NCBI GenBank assembly: GCA_036489765.1
Contig: DASXFE010000128.1
Location: 21,900 to 85,899, forward strand
Direction of reading: 5' to 3'
Origin: Stellaceae bacterium
Lineage (GTDB): Bacteria; Pseudomonadota; Alphaproteobacteria; ATCC43930; CGMCC-115725
Length of the DNA stretch: 64,000 nucleotides
Part shown: positions 1 through 9,893 of the stretch, in pieces
How positions within the stretch are numbered: the first letter of the stretch is position 1
How the letters are laid out: every line of letters begins with the position of its first letter
Translations under genes and position numbers: made by a program
Notes under the pieces: generated by a model
Told to the model about the DNA's origin: nothing
Database searches by the model: none
What the model saw: only the letters and a program-made list of their open reading frames with translations

Positions 1-2540
1 TGAATTCGAGCCCGGCGACGGTCGACCGCTTCAACGCCCTGCCGCTCGGCGTCTTCGACGGCCGCACCGTCACGATCGGCGATGTCGGCCACGTCAGCGA
101 CAGTTTTGCCACGCAAGTGAGCATGGTGCACGTCAACGGCAAGCGCGCCGTGTACCTTGCCATCCTCAAACATGCGGACGCGTCGACGCTGGCGGTCGTC
201 GACTCGGCGCGCGACGCGCTACCCGAAATCCAGGCGGCCGCGCCCAACGGGCTCGAGCTCAAGCTCGATTTCGACCAATCGGTGTTCGTCCGCGCGGCGG
301 TCGAGAACGTGATCCACGAGGCGATCATCTCGTCGATCCTCGTTTCGCTCTTGATCCTCGTCTTTCTGGGAAGCTGGCGGAACACGGTGATCGTCTCCGC
401 CTCGATCCCGCTATCGGTCTTCGCCGGGATCCTCCTGCTGTTCCTCACCGGCAACAGTATCAACCTGATGACGCTCGGCGGGCTGGCGTTGGCGATCGGC
501 CTCCTCGTCGACAACGCAACCGTGACGGTCGAGAACATCCACCGCAACCTGACGCTCGGCAGACCGCTGACCGTCGCGATCCTCGAAGGCTCGGCCGAGG
601 TCATCCAGCCGCTGACCGTCGCCACGCTGGCGATCTGCATCGTCTTCTTTCCGGTGGTGCTGCTGTTCGGCGTCGCGCGCTACCTCTTCATTCCGCTCGC
701 CGCGACCGTCGTCTTCTGCATGCTGGCGTCGTATGCGCTGAGCTTCACCGTGGTGCCGAGCTTTGCCCGGTTTCTGCTGGCCGGGGCCGACCATCACGCC
801 GCACCGCGCGGCTTCTTCGGACTGTTCGATCGCGGCTTCGACAGGCTGCGCCGTGGATACGGGCGGCTCCTCGCGGGAACGCTGCGCCATCGCCTCTTTA
901 CGCTGGTGTGCTTTGGGCTCCTCCTGGTCGTGACGGGGTTCGCGGCGCGCTCATTGGGCATGGATTTCTTCCCGAGCGCCGATGTCGGCCTCATCAAGCT
1001 GCACTACCGCGCCCCCGCCGGGACCCGGATCGAGGAAACCGAAACCCAGGTCCTCAAGGTCGAGGAGGCGATCCGCAAGCTGATCCCGGCCGCGGAACTC
1101 GACACGATCAACGACACGGTCGGCGTGCCGTCCTCGTTCAACCTGGCTTTTGTGCCGAGCGACAATGTCGGCGACATGGACGCCGAGATCCTGATTTCGC
1201 TCAAGCACGAGCACCACCCGACGATCGATTACATCAGGGCGATCCGCCGCGAGTTGCCGGCGCAATTCCCGGGTAGCCTGTTCTATTTCCAGACTGCCGA
1301 CATCGTCAGCCAGGTGCTCAATTTCGGCCTTCCGGCACCGATCGACGTCCAGATCCAGGACGTCAATTTCGACCGCTCCTATGGTCTGGCGCAGCGCCTA
1401 TTGCAGCGGATGAAGACCATCCCCGGCGTCGCCGACGCGCATCTGCAGCAGGTGCTGAACTACCCCGCGCTGCAGATCGATGTCGATCGGCTCCGTGCCG
1501 CCAAACTGCATATCTCCCAGCGCGACGTCGCCAGCAACATGCTGACCTCGCTGTCGTCGTCGGTCCTCGTGTCGCCGAACTTCTTTCTCAACCCGCAGAA
1601 CAATGTGAACTACTTCGTCGCGGTGCAGACGCCGATCTCGCAGATCCACTCGGTCGACGATCTGATGAATACCCCGGTCAGCACCCCGCCGGCTGAGGCC
1701 GCGACCGACACGACCGCGACACCGGAGGCGCGGGTCATGCGGCTCGCCGATGTTGCCACGATCTATCCGCGGTCGAGCCTCGAATCGGTCAGCCACTACA
1801 CCGTCCAGCGCGAGCTCGACATCGACGCCAATGTCGACGGGCGCGATCTCGGCGCGACCGCGGCCGATATCCAGGCCACGATCGACGAACTCAGCAAGGG
1901 GCTGCCGATCACCACGCACATCGATATCCGAGGCCAGAACGAGGTCATGCAGGCGTCGTTCAAAAGCCTCGCGATCGGGATGATCCTCTCGGTGATCCTC
2001 GTCTATGCGCTCCTGGTCGTGCTGTTCCAGTCCTGGGTCGATCCGCTGATCATCATGATGGCGGTGCCGGGCGGGCTGATGGGGATCATCTGGATCCTTG
2101 CGCTCAGCGGCACGACCATCAATGTCGAGTCGCTGATGGGCTCGATCATGACGATCGGGATCTCGGTGTCGAACTCGATCCTGGTGGTCAGCTTTACCAA
2201 CGATCTGCGGGCGCGGGGCGCGACCGACGTCGTAGCGGCGGTGATCGAGGCTGGCACGATCCGGCTGCGGCCGGTGATGATGACCGCGCTCGCGATGATC
2301 ATCGGCATGGTGCCGATGGCGCTGGGGCTGGGCGACGCCGGCGAGCAGAACGCCCCGCTCGGCCGCGCTGTGATCGGCGGCCTCGTCGTCGCGACCTTCG
2401 CGACGCTGCTGATCGTGCCGATCTTCTACACGCTGCTGCGCCGCCAGCCCCCGATGCTGCACACCCTGGATTCCCGCTTTGCCGCCGAGGCGGCGGGAGA
2501 CGGGGCCGGAGAGACCTCGCATGGCCGACAGGAACCTTAA
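1..2540 (+). CDS. RND-family efflux permease (AcrB/HAE1-like), 5' end cut by the window edge
   Basis: Frame 3 is open from base 3, upstream of the listed Met at 117. The product of more than 807 aa shows the RND layout of TM bundles alternating with large periplasmic loops, with typical segments GLALAIGLLVDNATVTVENI and SNSILVVSFTNDL. GC3 is high. Confidence 0.9.
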   Translation, partial: NSSPATVDRFNALPLGVFDGRTVTIGDVGHVSDSFATQVSMVHVNGKRAVYLAILKHADASTLAVVDSARDALPEIQAAAPNGLELKLDFDQSVFVRAAVENVIHEAIISSILVSLLILVFLGSWRNTVIVSASIPLSVFAGILLLFLTGNSINLMTLGGLALAIGLLVDNATVTVENIHRNLTLGRPLTVAILEGSAEVIQPLTVATLAICIVFFPVVLLFGVARYLFIPLAATVVFCMLASYALSFTVVPSFARFLLAGADHHAAPRGFFGLFDRGFDRLRRGYGRLLAGTLRHRLFTLVCFGLLLVVTGFAARSLGMDFFPSADVGLIKLHYRAPAGTRIEETETQVLKVEEAIRKLIPAAELDTINDTVGVPSSFNLAFVPSDNVGDMDAEILISLKHEHHPTIDYIRAIRRELPAQFPGSLFYFQTADIVSQVLNFGLPAPIDVQIQDVNFDRSYGLAQRLLQRMKTIPGVADAHLQQVLNYPALQIDVDRLRAAKLHISQRDVASNMLTSLSSSVLVSPNFFLNPQNNVNYFVAVQTPISQIHSVDDLMNTPVSTPPAEAATDTTATPEARVMRLADVATIYPRSSLESVSHYTVQRELDIDANVDGRDLGATAADIQATIDELSKGLPITTHIDIRGQNEVMQASFKSLAIGMILSVILVYALLVVLFQSWVDPLIIMMAVPGGLMGIIWILALSGTTINVESLMGSIMTIGISVSNSILVVSFTNDLRARGATDVVAAVIEAGTIRLRPVMMTALAMIIGMVPMALGLGDAGEQNAPLGRAVIGGLVVATFATLLIVPIFYTLLRRQPPMLHTLDSRFAAEAAGDGAGETSHGRQEP

Positions 2541-3639
2541 GAGCCTTCTGCTCTATCCGCTGGGGTTGGCGGTGATCGGCGGAGCGGCGTTCGGCGCCTA
2601 CCTGCTTTCGCACGACAAGGACGTGGCGCTCGCCGCGTCACGCACGGCGCTGGCCGAGACCATCGCGCGCGGCCCGGTCGTACAGGTCGCAAGGGTGGCG
2701 GAAGGCCCCAAGGAACGGCTGATCCGGCTCCTCGCCGACACCCGTCCAACCCAGAGCGCGACGCTCTACGGCAAGGTCAGCGGCTACGTGACGTCGATCG
2801 CGGTCGACCGCGGGGACACGGTAAAGGCCGGACAGGTCCTGGCGACGATCTCCTCGGTCGAGACCGACCAGCAATACGAGGCCGCCAAACACGACTTCGA
2901 AAACAAGGAGCGCGTCTGGACCCGGCAGCGGGAGCTCGTCGCCCACGGCTGGACATCGCAGCAATCCGCCGATCAGGCCGGAACCGCCTATACCATGGCG
3001 CAGGCCGTGATGGCCCAGAACGAGACCCTGAAATCCTACGAGCAGATCCGCGCGCCGTTCGACGGGGTGGTGACCGCGCGCTTTGTCGATGTCGGCGCGC
3101 TCGTCCAGAACTCGACGACGAACAAGACCAGCAACCAGCCGGTGTTGACCGTCGCCGACGACAGCAAGTTGCGTGTCGATGTCTATGTCGAGCAGCGGGA
3201 CGTGCCCTATATCCACGTCGGCGACACCGCCGATGTCGCCGACGGCGCCAATTCCGCGCGCAAGGTGACGGCCAAGATCACGCGGACCTCCGGCGAGCTC
3301 GACCAGCGGACGCGGACCCTGTTTGTCGAGCTCGAGGTCGACAACACCGACCATTTCCTCGTGCCGGGCAGCTTTGCCTATGTGACGCTGCACGTGCCTG
3401 TCGAGAGCTATCCGGAGGTGCCGGCGACCGGGCTCGTCGTCCGCGGTACGCGCACCTTTATCGCCAGCATCGCCGACGATCTGACGGTCCATATGCTGCC
3501 GGTGACGGTAGCCCATACCGACGGCACCAACGCGTCGCTGTCCGAGGGAGCCGCGATCGGCCTGCGCATCGCGCTCAACCCGCCGGACGAGATCGCCGAG
3601 GGCAGCAAAGTCCAGCTCCCGCCTTCGAGCAAACGGTAA
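2521..3639 (+). CDS. Efflux RND periplasmic adaptor (membrane fusion protein, HlyD family)
   Basis: ATG 2521 (MADRNLKSLLLYPLGLAVIGG) gives one N-terminal TM helix followed by lipoyl/beta-barrel-type MFP segments (GDTVKAGQVLATI, IRAPFDGVVT). It overlaps the RND stop (TAA 2538-2540) by 20 nt. Confidence 0.85.
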   Translation: MADRNLKSLLLYPLGLAVIGGAAFGAYLLSHDKDVALAASRTALAETIARGPVVQVARVAEGPKERLIRLLADTRPTQSATLYGKVSGYVTSIAVDRGDTVKAGQVLATISSVETDQQYEAAKHDFENKERVWTRQRELVAHGWTSQQSADQAGTAYTMAQAVMAQNETLKSYEQIRAPFDGVVTARFVDVGALVQNSTTNKTSNQPVLTVADDSKLRVDVYVEQRDVPYIHVGDTADVADGANSARKVTAKITRTSGELDQRTRTLFVELEVDNTDHFLVPGSFAYVTLHVPVESYPEVPATGLVVRGTRTFIASIADDLTVHMLPVTVAHTDGTNASLSEGAAIGLRIALNPPDEIAEGSKVQLPPSSKR

Positions 3640-3667
3640 TCACTTTCCAGCCGCGATCCGCGGCCCT

Positions 3668-5032
3668 CTACTGGGCGGCAGCGTCGGACCGCCGATCGGG
3701 ACTGGCGGCAGCGTAGCGGCTCACCGGGCGTTTGAGCCCCAGGTTCTCGCGCAGCGTCTTGCCCTCATATTCGGCACGAAACAGGCCGCGGCGCTGCAAT
3801 TCGGGAACGACCAGCGCCACGAAGTCTTCGCAGCCGCCCGGCAGATGCGTCGGCGTAATGTTGAAGCCGTCGCAGGCACCGTTCTCGAACCATTCCTGCA
3901 TGGCGTCGGCGATATCGGAAGGCGTGCCGATCCGCGCCGAGCCGGTGATCCCGGTACGGAGATACAATTCGCGAATAGAAGGTTTCTCCCGTCTCACGCG
4001 CTCGCGGAGTTGCGCGCTGATGCTGCGGATATCCAGCTTGCCGACCGCATCGTCGGGCACCGGACCGTCGAGCGGATGGTCCGAAAGATCGCCAAAGGTG
4101 CTGTAGAGCGCACCAAGCCCGACCAGCGGATCGACCAGCTCCTGCAACTCATCGAACTTGCCCTGAGCTTCCGCGCGCGTGCCTCCCACAACCGGGCAGA
4201 ACGCCGGCATGATCTTCAGGTCGTCCGGCTCGCGGCCGTATTTCGCCATCCGCCCCTTTACGTCGGCGTAGTAGGCGCGCGCGGCATCGAGCGAGCCGTT
4301 GATCGCGTAGATGACATCGGCCGTCGCCGCGCCCAGCTCCCGGCCTTGCTCGGAAGCGCCGGCCTGTACGATCACCGGGTGGCCCTGCGGCATGCGCGCG
4401 ACACTCAACGGTCCCCGCACCTTGAAGAACCGCCCGTGATGATCGAGCACATGCATTTTTGCTTCGTCGAAATAACGGCCGCCGGCCTGGTCGAGCAACA
4501 GCGCACCGTCATCCCAACCGTCCCACAGGCCCTTGACCACATCGACGAATTCGGCCGAGCGCGCGTAACGCGTGTCGTAGTCGAGCGTTGTTTCCAGCCC
4601 GAAATTTTGGGCCTCGTGCTCGGACCATGACGCGACGACGTTCCAGCCGGCGCGCCCCTTGCTGATCAGGTCCAGCGTGGCAAAGCGGCGCGCCAGATTG
4701 TACGGCTCGTTGTAGGTGGCGGATGCCGTCGCCACCAGACCGATATGGTTCGTGACCATGGCCAACGCCGGCAGCAGCATTGTCGGCTCGAGCTCGACCA
4801 TGTCACGCCCGGTGCGGGCCAGTGCGCCGGGCGGATTGTCGCCCTGACGAATGCCGGCGCCGTCGGCGAAGAAAACCATGTCGAGCTTGCCGCGCTCGGC
4901 GATCTGGGCGCTGCGCACATAGTGCTCGACGTGCAGCGTCGCGTCGGCCGCGACATCCGGATGGCGCCAGGCGGCCTGATGGTAGCCGTGGCCCCGGATC
5001 GACATGCCGATCCGCATCTTGCGCTGGTTCAT
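3668..5032 (-). CDS. LLM-class flavin-dependent monooxygenase (NtaA/SnaA/DszA family)
   Basis: 454 aa. The N-terminus MRIGMSIRGHGYHQAAWRHPD and FFADG are typical of FMNH2-dependent nitrilotriacetate-monooxygenase-like enzymes. Confidence 0.85.
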   Translation of the reverse strand: MNQRKMRIGMSIRGHGYHQAAWRHPDVAADATLHVEHYVRSAQIAERGKLDMVFFADGAGIRQGDNPPGALARTGRDMVELEPTMLLPALAMVTNHIGLVATASATYNEPYNLARRFATLDLISKGRAGWNVVASWSEHEAQNFGLETTLDYDTRYARSAEFVDVVKGLWDGWDDGALLLDQAGGRYFDEAKMHVLDHHGRFFKVRGPLSVARMPQGHPVIVQAGASEQGRELGAATADVIYAINGSLDAARAYYADVKGRMAKYGREPDDLKIMPAFCPVVGGTRAEAQGKFDELQELVDPLVGLGALYSTFGDLSDHPLDGPVPDDAVGKLDIRSISAQLRERVRREKPSIRELYLRTGITGSARIGTPSDIADAMQEWFENGACDGFNITPTHLPGGCEDFVALVVPELQRRGLFRAEYEGKTLRENLGLKRPVSRYAAASPDRRSDAAAQ

Positions 5033-5077
5033 GGCGGCCTCTTTCCTCTCGCGGCTCGATCGAACCGGTGCACGGTC

Positions 5078-6028
5078 CTATCCGTGCAGGAAACGACGCA
5101 GCGCTTCCCGGGTGTCGTGCTCGGCCTGCTTGGTAACGCGCGCATTCGCTACCCGATAGAAGCCATGATACGCCCGCGGATACAGGTGCAGCTCGACCGG
5201 CACCCCGGCGCGGCTCAACCGATCGGCATAGATCAGGTTTTCCTCGAGGAAGAGATCGAGACCGCCCACCGAAATGTAGGTTGGCGGCAAGCCCGACACA
5301 TCCGTCGCTCGCGCCGCCGCCGCATAAGGCGAGACGTCGGCGGCCCCCGGCTCTTCGCCGAGGAGAGAACGCCAGCCGAAATGGTTGTTTGCCTGCGTCC
5401 AGACGAACTCGCCGACGTGAGGGTGCAGGTCTCTGCGCGCCGCCGTGCGGTCGTCGATCATCGGATAGATCAGGTGCTGAAAGGCGAATTTTGGCCCCTG
5501 CCGGTCGCGGGCGTAAAGGGCCGCCGCGGCCGCGAACCCGCCACCGCCGCTTTCGCCCTTGATACCGATGCGGTCGGGGTCGAGCCCGAGCCGGCCGGCG
5601 TTCGCATGCAGCCAGGCGAAGACCGAATAGATGTCTTCCACTGGTGCCGGGTGCGGTGATTCCGGCGCGAGGCGATGATCGACGGAATAGATCGCGCATT
5701 TCAGCTCTGACGCGAAAACCCTGTTTTCCGCATCCTTCATTTCCGGCGCGCCCATCACGAACCCGCCGCCATGAATGTGCACGATGGCGGGCAACGGATC
5801 GGTGGACGAAACCGGGCGGTAGGTCAGAACGCGGATCGGCTTTGCGCCAAATGCACTCTCGACATGGATCTCGCCGGCGGCGATGTCGGGCAGGTGTGGT
5901 TTCGGCTCGGCGGCGGCCAGTTCGAGCATATTGGCGCGGCGCTGCATCAATGACGCGGCAGTCAGCGGCGGTAGTGCCTGGGCCAGCGCATCGCGCAATT
6001 CGGGATCGACAAGCTCGATTGTGCTCAT
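5078..6028 (-). CDS. Alpha/beta hydrolase, HSL-type esterase/lipase
   Basis: Oxyanion-hole motif HGGGF (VHIHGGGFVMG) and nucleophile elbow GESGGG. I chose ATG 6028 (MSTIELVDPE); the listed ORF extends to 6154 through a low-quality N-terminus. Confidence 0.8.
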   Translation of the reverse strand: MSTIELVDPELRDALAQALPPLTAASLMQRRANMLELAAAEPKPHLPDIAAGEIHVESAFGAKPIRVLTYRPVSSTDPLPAIVHIHGGGFVMGAPEMKDAENRVFASELKCAIYSVDHRLAPESPHPAPVEDIYSVFAWLHANAGRLGLDPDRIGIKGESGGGGFAAAAALYARDRQGPKFAFQHLIYPMIDDRTAARRDLHPHVGEFVWTQANNHFGWRSLLGEEPGAADVSPYAAAARATDVSGLPPTYISVGGLDLFLEENLIYADRLSRAGVPVELHLYPRAYHGFYRVANARVTKQAEHDTREALRRFLHG

Positions 6029-6137
6029 GGCGGCGGCCCCGTCGGTTTGTGACCAAGCACAACGATAAGGCAAATAACTGGCGCTGGGGCCAAGAAAGAC
6101 GGATAGGACCAGCGGCGGGAAGTTGCGGAGCGGCACA

Positions 6138-7754
6138 ATGGACAGGACCGGCACGACATTCGGCGAATTCGACTACATCGTGCTCGGCGCGGGCAGCGCG
6201 GGCTGCGTGCTCGCCAATCGTCTCAGTGCCGACAGCCGCAACTCGGTCCTGCTGCTCGAGGCGGGCGGCAAGGACAACTACATCTGGATCCACATCCCGG
6301 TCGGCTATCTCTACTGCATGGGCAACCCGCGGACGGACTGGTGCTTCACCACCGAACCGGAGGCCCGGCTTGGCAACAAGCCGATGAATTATCCGCGCGG
6401 CCGGGTGCTCGGCGGGTCTTCCTCGATCAACGGCATGATCTACATGCGCGGCCAAAGCGCCGACTATGACCAGTGGCGCCAGGCCGGCAATGTCGGATGG
6501 GGGTGGGACGATGTGCTGCCCTTTTTCACCAAGTCCGAAGACCATTTCGCCGGCCCCAGCGAGTTCCATGGCTCCGGCGGCGAGCTTCGCGTCGAGCAGC
6601 AGCGCCTGCGTTGGGATCTGCTCGATGCATTCCGCAATGCCGCCGCCGAGGCAGGTATCCCGAGGATCGACGACTTCAATCGAGGCGATAATTTCGGCTC
6701 CTCCTATTTCCAGGTCAATCAACGGAAAGGGAGGCGCTGGAGCGCGGTGAAAGCCTTTTTGCGCCCGGCTCTGAATCGTCCGAACCTGCGGGTCACGACA
6801 GGGGCGCAAATCCATCGCGTCGTGATCGGGGACGGCCGCGCCATTGGCGTCGAGTTCGACATCGCGGGATCTCGTCTCTATGCGACATCACGCGGCGAGG
6901 TAATCGTGTCCGCCGGCTCGATCGGCTCACCGGCCATTCTGGAGCGGTCGGGCATCGGCGACGGCGAGCGGCTGAATGCCGTCGGCATCCGGACGGTACG
7001 GCACCTGCCGGGCGTCGGGGAAAACCTCCAGGACCATCTGCAGATTCGATGCGCCTACAAGATCACTGGCGTGGCCACGCTGAACTCCCGCGCGCGCACG
7101 CGGTTCGGAAAGGCCATGATCGGCCTCGAATATCTACTGGCCCGGTCGGGTCCGATGTCGATGGCACCGAGCCAGCTCGGCATCTTCGCCAAATCCAACC
7201 CGCGCTTCGCGACCGCCAACCTCGAATACCATATCCAGCCCCTCAGCCTGGCGGCATGGGGTGGCAAGCTCGATCCGTTCCCGGCATTTACCGCGAGCGT
7301 CGCGAACCTCCGTCCCGAGAGCCGCGGGGCGGTTCATGTCCGGTCGGCGGACCCGTCGGAGGCGCCGGCCATTCAGCCGAACTACCTGTCCGCGGAAGGC
7401 GACCGGATCGTCGCGGTCGAGTCGATCCATCTGACGCGCCGTATCGTTGCGCAGCGCGCCCTGGCCCGCTTCAACCCGACCGAGTTCCGGCCGGGGCCCG
7501 AATTCCAATCGGACGGGGATATCCTCCAGTCGCTCGGCGACGTCTCGAGCCCGATCTTCCATCCGGTCGGCACGGCCGTCATGGGGCGCGGCCCCACCGC
7601 CGTGGTTGATGACCAGTTGCGGGTGCACGGCATCGCAGATTTGCGCGTCGCCGACGCATCGGTCATGCCGACGGTGACATCCGGCAACACCAACGCCCCG
7701 ACGATGATGATAGCCGAGAAAGCCGCCGCCATGGTGCTGGCGGCTCGAGGTTAA
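6138..7754 (+). CDS. GMC-family FAD oxidoreductase (choline/alcohol dehydrogenase-like)
   Basis: N-terminal Rossmann motif [20 protein letters not shown] and GMC signature [17 protein letters not shown] 6138 is preferred over the listed TTG 6123. Confidence 0.9.
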   Translation: MDRTGTTFGEFDYIVLGAGSAGCVLANRLSADSRNSVLLLEAGGKDNYIWIHIPVGYLYCMGNPRTDWCFTTEPEARLGNKPMNYPRGRVLGGSSSINGMIYMRGQSADYDQWRQAGNVGWGWDDVLPFFTKSEDHFAGPSEFHGSGGELRVEQQRLRWDLLDAFRNAAAEAGIPRIDDFNRGDNFGSSYFQVNQRKGRRWSAVKAFLRPALNRPNLRVTTGAQIHRVVIGDGRAIGVEFDIAGSRLYATSRGEVIVSAGSIGSPAILERSGIGDGERLNAVGIRTVRHLPGVGENLQDHLQIRCAYKITGVATLNSRARTRFGKAMIGLEYLLARSGPMSMAPSQLGIFAKSNPRFATANLEYHIQPLSLAAWGGKLDPFPAFTASVANLRPESRGAVHVRSADPSEAPAIQPNYLSAEGDRIVAVESIHLTRRIVAQRALARFNPTEFRPGPEFQSDGDILQSLGDVSSPIFHPVGTAVMGRGPTAVVDDQLRVHGIADLRVADASVMPTVTSGNTNAPTMMIAEKAAAMVLAARG

Positions 7755-7758
7755 GACG

Positions 7759-9075
7759 TCAGCCGCTGGCGTATTTGACGGAGTCGGGGCGGACGATCTC
7801 GCAGGTGATGCCGCGCCGGTGCAGGGTGGCACAGGCCGAGCGGGCCTCTTTCGACGTGAAGTGCAAAAGCCGAGCGCGATAGACGGCGCTGTGGGTGCGT
7901 TTGGCCGGCGGCAGGATCTGCTGTGGCTTCCCTTCGGCGACGTGGAACCTCGCGGCGTGCTCGATCGCGCGCTGGGCGGCCGCTTCCCCGTGGAAGACGC
8001 CGAGCTGGATCCCCCAGCGCCCGCGCGGCGACGGGGAATCGTCATCGGCGGCAGGCGCCGGAGCGCGCATCGCCGCGGCGGCGAGCTTGCCGATCGCGTT
8101 GGCCCGCGGCGCCGCCGGCTGCCCTTCGTCGCCCGCCGGCTGCGCGGGCTGGGCCGGGGTCGGGGCGGCCGGCGCGGCGGCGGTCATGGCGATGGGTTGC
8201 GGCACGGCCTGTGGCACCGCGGGCGGGGTGCCGGCAACTTCGGCGAAGCCCTTGTCGAGCATCGCGGCCATCGCCGCGTCGCGTGAGCGGAACGTGCGCC
8301 CGCCCATGATCACGCCGATGAGGCGGTGTCCGTTCTGCACCGCCGAGGTCGCGAGGTTGAACCCCGATGCGTTGATGAAACCGGTCTTGATCCCGTCGGC
8401 GCCGGGATACCAGTCGAGCAGGTGATCGTGGCCGACGACCTCCTCGCCGCGGAAGTCGAATTGCTTAACCGAGAAATACCGGTATTCGCGCGGAAATCGC
8501 TGGATCAGCGCCAGCGCCAGCCGGGCGATGTCGCGCGCCGTCGTGCGCTGCTCGGGATCGGGCAGGCCCGAGGCGTTATGATAGAACGTGTGCTGCATGC
8601 CGAGCTGTTGGGCCTTCGCGTTCATCATCTGCGCAAAGGCCGCCTCGCTGCCGCCGCCCAGCCCCTCGGCCAGCACGGTCGCGGCATCGTTCGCCGATTT
8701 GGTCACGATCGCCAGGATCAGGTCGCGCACCGCGACCGTCTCGCCCGGATTGAGGCCGAGCCGCGACGGCGCCCGCGATGCCGCGTAGGCCGACACCGGC
8801 AAACCGCTGTCGAGCCGGAGCCGGCCATCGTTGAGCGCCTCGAAGGTCAGGTACAGCGTCATCATCTTTGTAAGCGAGGCCGGGTAGGTGATCGCATCGG
8901 CATTGTTCTCGCCGAGCACCTGACCCGTATCGGCATCGAGAACGATCGCCTCGAAGATCACCGACGACGATGCGACAAAGTGATGACGCCGCGCATTCGC
9001 CGCCGGGATCCCCATCATCCCGACCAGCATCACGGCCATCCCGATCGACGCCGCGGCACGACGAAATGCCGCCAC
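7759..9075 (-). CDS. D-alanyl-D-alanine carboxypeptidase (PBP5/6-type) with C-terminal SPOR domain
   Basis: SxxK (ASLTKMMT) and KTG (IKTGF) motifs. A Pro/Ala linker is followed by a SPOR-like tail (WGIQLGVF...YRARLLHF). The listed ORF starts at TTG 9159 inside a GC hairpin; GTG 9075 gives a signal-peptide-like N-terminus (AAFRRAAASIGMAVMLVGMMGIPAANA). The start is uncertain. Confidence 0.82.
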   Translation of the reverse strand: MAAFRRAAASIGMAVMLVGMMGIPAANARRHHFVASSSVIFEAIVLDADTGQVLGENNADAITYPASLTKMMTLYLTFEALNDGRLRLDSGLPVSAYAASRAPSRLGLNPGETVAVRDLILAIVTKSANDAATVLAEGLGGGSEAAFAQMMNAKAQQLGMQHTFYHNASGLPDPEQRTTARDIARLALALIQRFPREYRYFSVKQFDFRGEEVVGHDHLLDWYPGADGIKTGFINASGFNLATSAVQNGHRLIGVIMGGRTFRSRDAAMAAMLDKGFAEVAGTPPAVPQAVPQPIAMTAAAPAAPTPAQPAQPAGDEGQPAAPRANAIGKLAAAAMRAPAPAADDDSPSPRGRWGIQLGVFHGEAAAQRAIEHAARFHVAEGKPQQILPPAKRTHSAVYRARLLHFTSKEARSACATLHRRGITCEIVRPDSVKYASG

Positions 9076-9363
9076 GCGCCACGCTGGGAGCGTCCCCGGC
9101 CCCCGCAATTCCGATTCGACGACTCGCACGCTACCCCCCCGTACCCCCGACGGACGCAACCCCCCGGTACACGTCCGTCACCGACAGGGTAGAAAAAACC
9201 CGGGGTGCTGTCAAAGCGGACGCGCCACGCCCAGGCCGCCGTGCCCCCCCCCCTGCGGCGCGAGGCCGGCGAGGCGAACGGCGGCAGCGGCTTCGCCGGA
9301 TGGCCGGGATGGCAACGTGCCCTTCCCCCCTGCCGCGACCTCGGTTCCGGCTTTTGCCCGCTT

Positions 9364-9431
9364 ATTGTGCGTTGCACAATTATTGTTGAAACAGGATATA
9401 ATGACCTCTATCTGTCAATTGTGCGGCGCAA
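9364..9431 (+). promoter_or_regulatory. Putative phasin promoter with PhaR-type operators
   Basis: Perfect palindrome ATTGTGC-gtt-GCACAAT (9364-9380), consensus -10 TATAAT (9397-9402), and a second half-conserved copy TTGTGC-ggc-GCAA (9419-9431), all within 100 nt of the phasin ATG. Confidence 0.5.
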
Positions 9432-9461
9432 GATAAGGCGCCGAATCGAACGAGGGATGCC

Positions 9462-9893
9462 ATGAGCGAATCATCGACGAAACGTCCACCCCATACACCT
9501 CCCGCGGAGCCTTCGCGCCCCGCCGCCGCGGCCGCCGCGGCGGCGCCGGATGCCGTGCCCGCAGCGCTGCCCGCACCCCGCGACCAGCCGGCCTCGGCGC
9601 CGGTGAGGAATCCGGCCGCGCTGCCCGACCCGATCGCCCTCTTCGACGCCTTCGCGCACGGCGCGGAGGCTTATGCCGACGAGATGGCCGGGCTCATGCA
9701 GACCGGCCTTGCCACCGCGACCGACACGGCCAAGGCGATGCTGGGCGCGAGGACGCTGACCGAAGCCTTTGAGATCAACGCCGGGTTTGTCCGAAAGAGC
9801 CTCGACGCGATGCTGCAGGGGTCGATCCGCCTCACCGGCATCACCGCACGGCTCGCCGCGCAATCTTTGCATCCGCTGATGCCGGCGCGCTAA
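9462..9893 (+). CDS. Phasin-family protein (PHA granule-associated), with Pro/Ala-rich N-terminus
   Basis: The C-terminal ~90 aa (FDAFAHGAEAYADEM...TLTEAFEINAGFVRKSLDAM) resemble the alphaproteobacterial phasin repeat helix. A TGC-N3-GCA palindrome sits upstream. Confidence 0.7.
   Translation: MSESSTKRPPHTPPAEPSRPAAAAAAAAPDAVPAALPAPRDQPASAPVRNPAALPDPIALFDAFAHGAEAYADEMAGLMQTGLATATDTAKAMLGARTLTEAFEINAGFVRKSLDAMLQGSIRLTGITARLAAQSLHPLMPAR

Noticed and set aside
4803-6815. A 670-aa minus-strand ORF spanning three genes.
   Set aside because: It overlaps the monooxygenase and esterase out of frame and runs antisense to the GMC oxidoreductase start. Its composition is Arg/Ala/Pro-rich with no domain signature.
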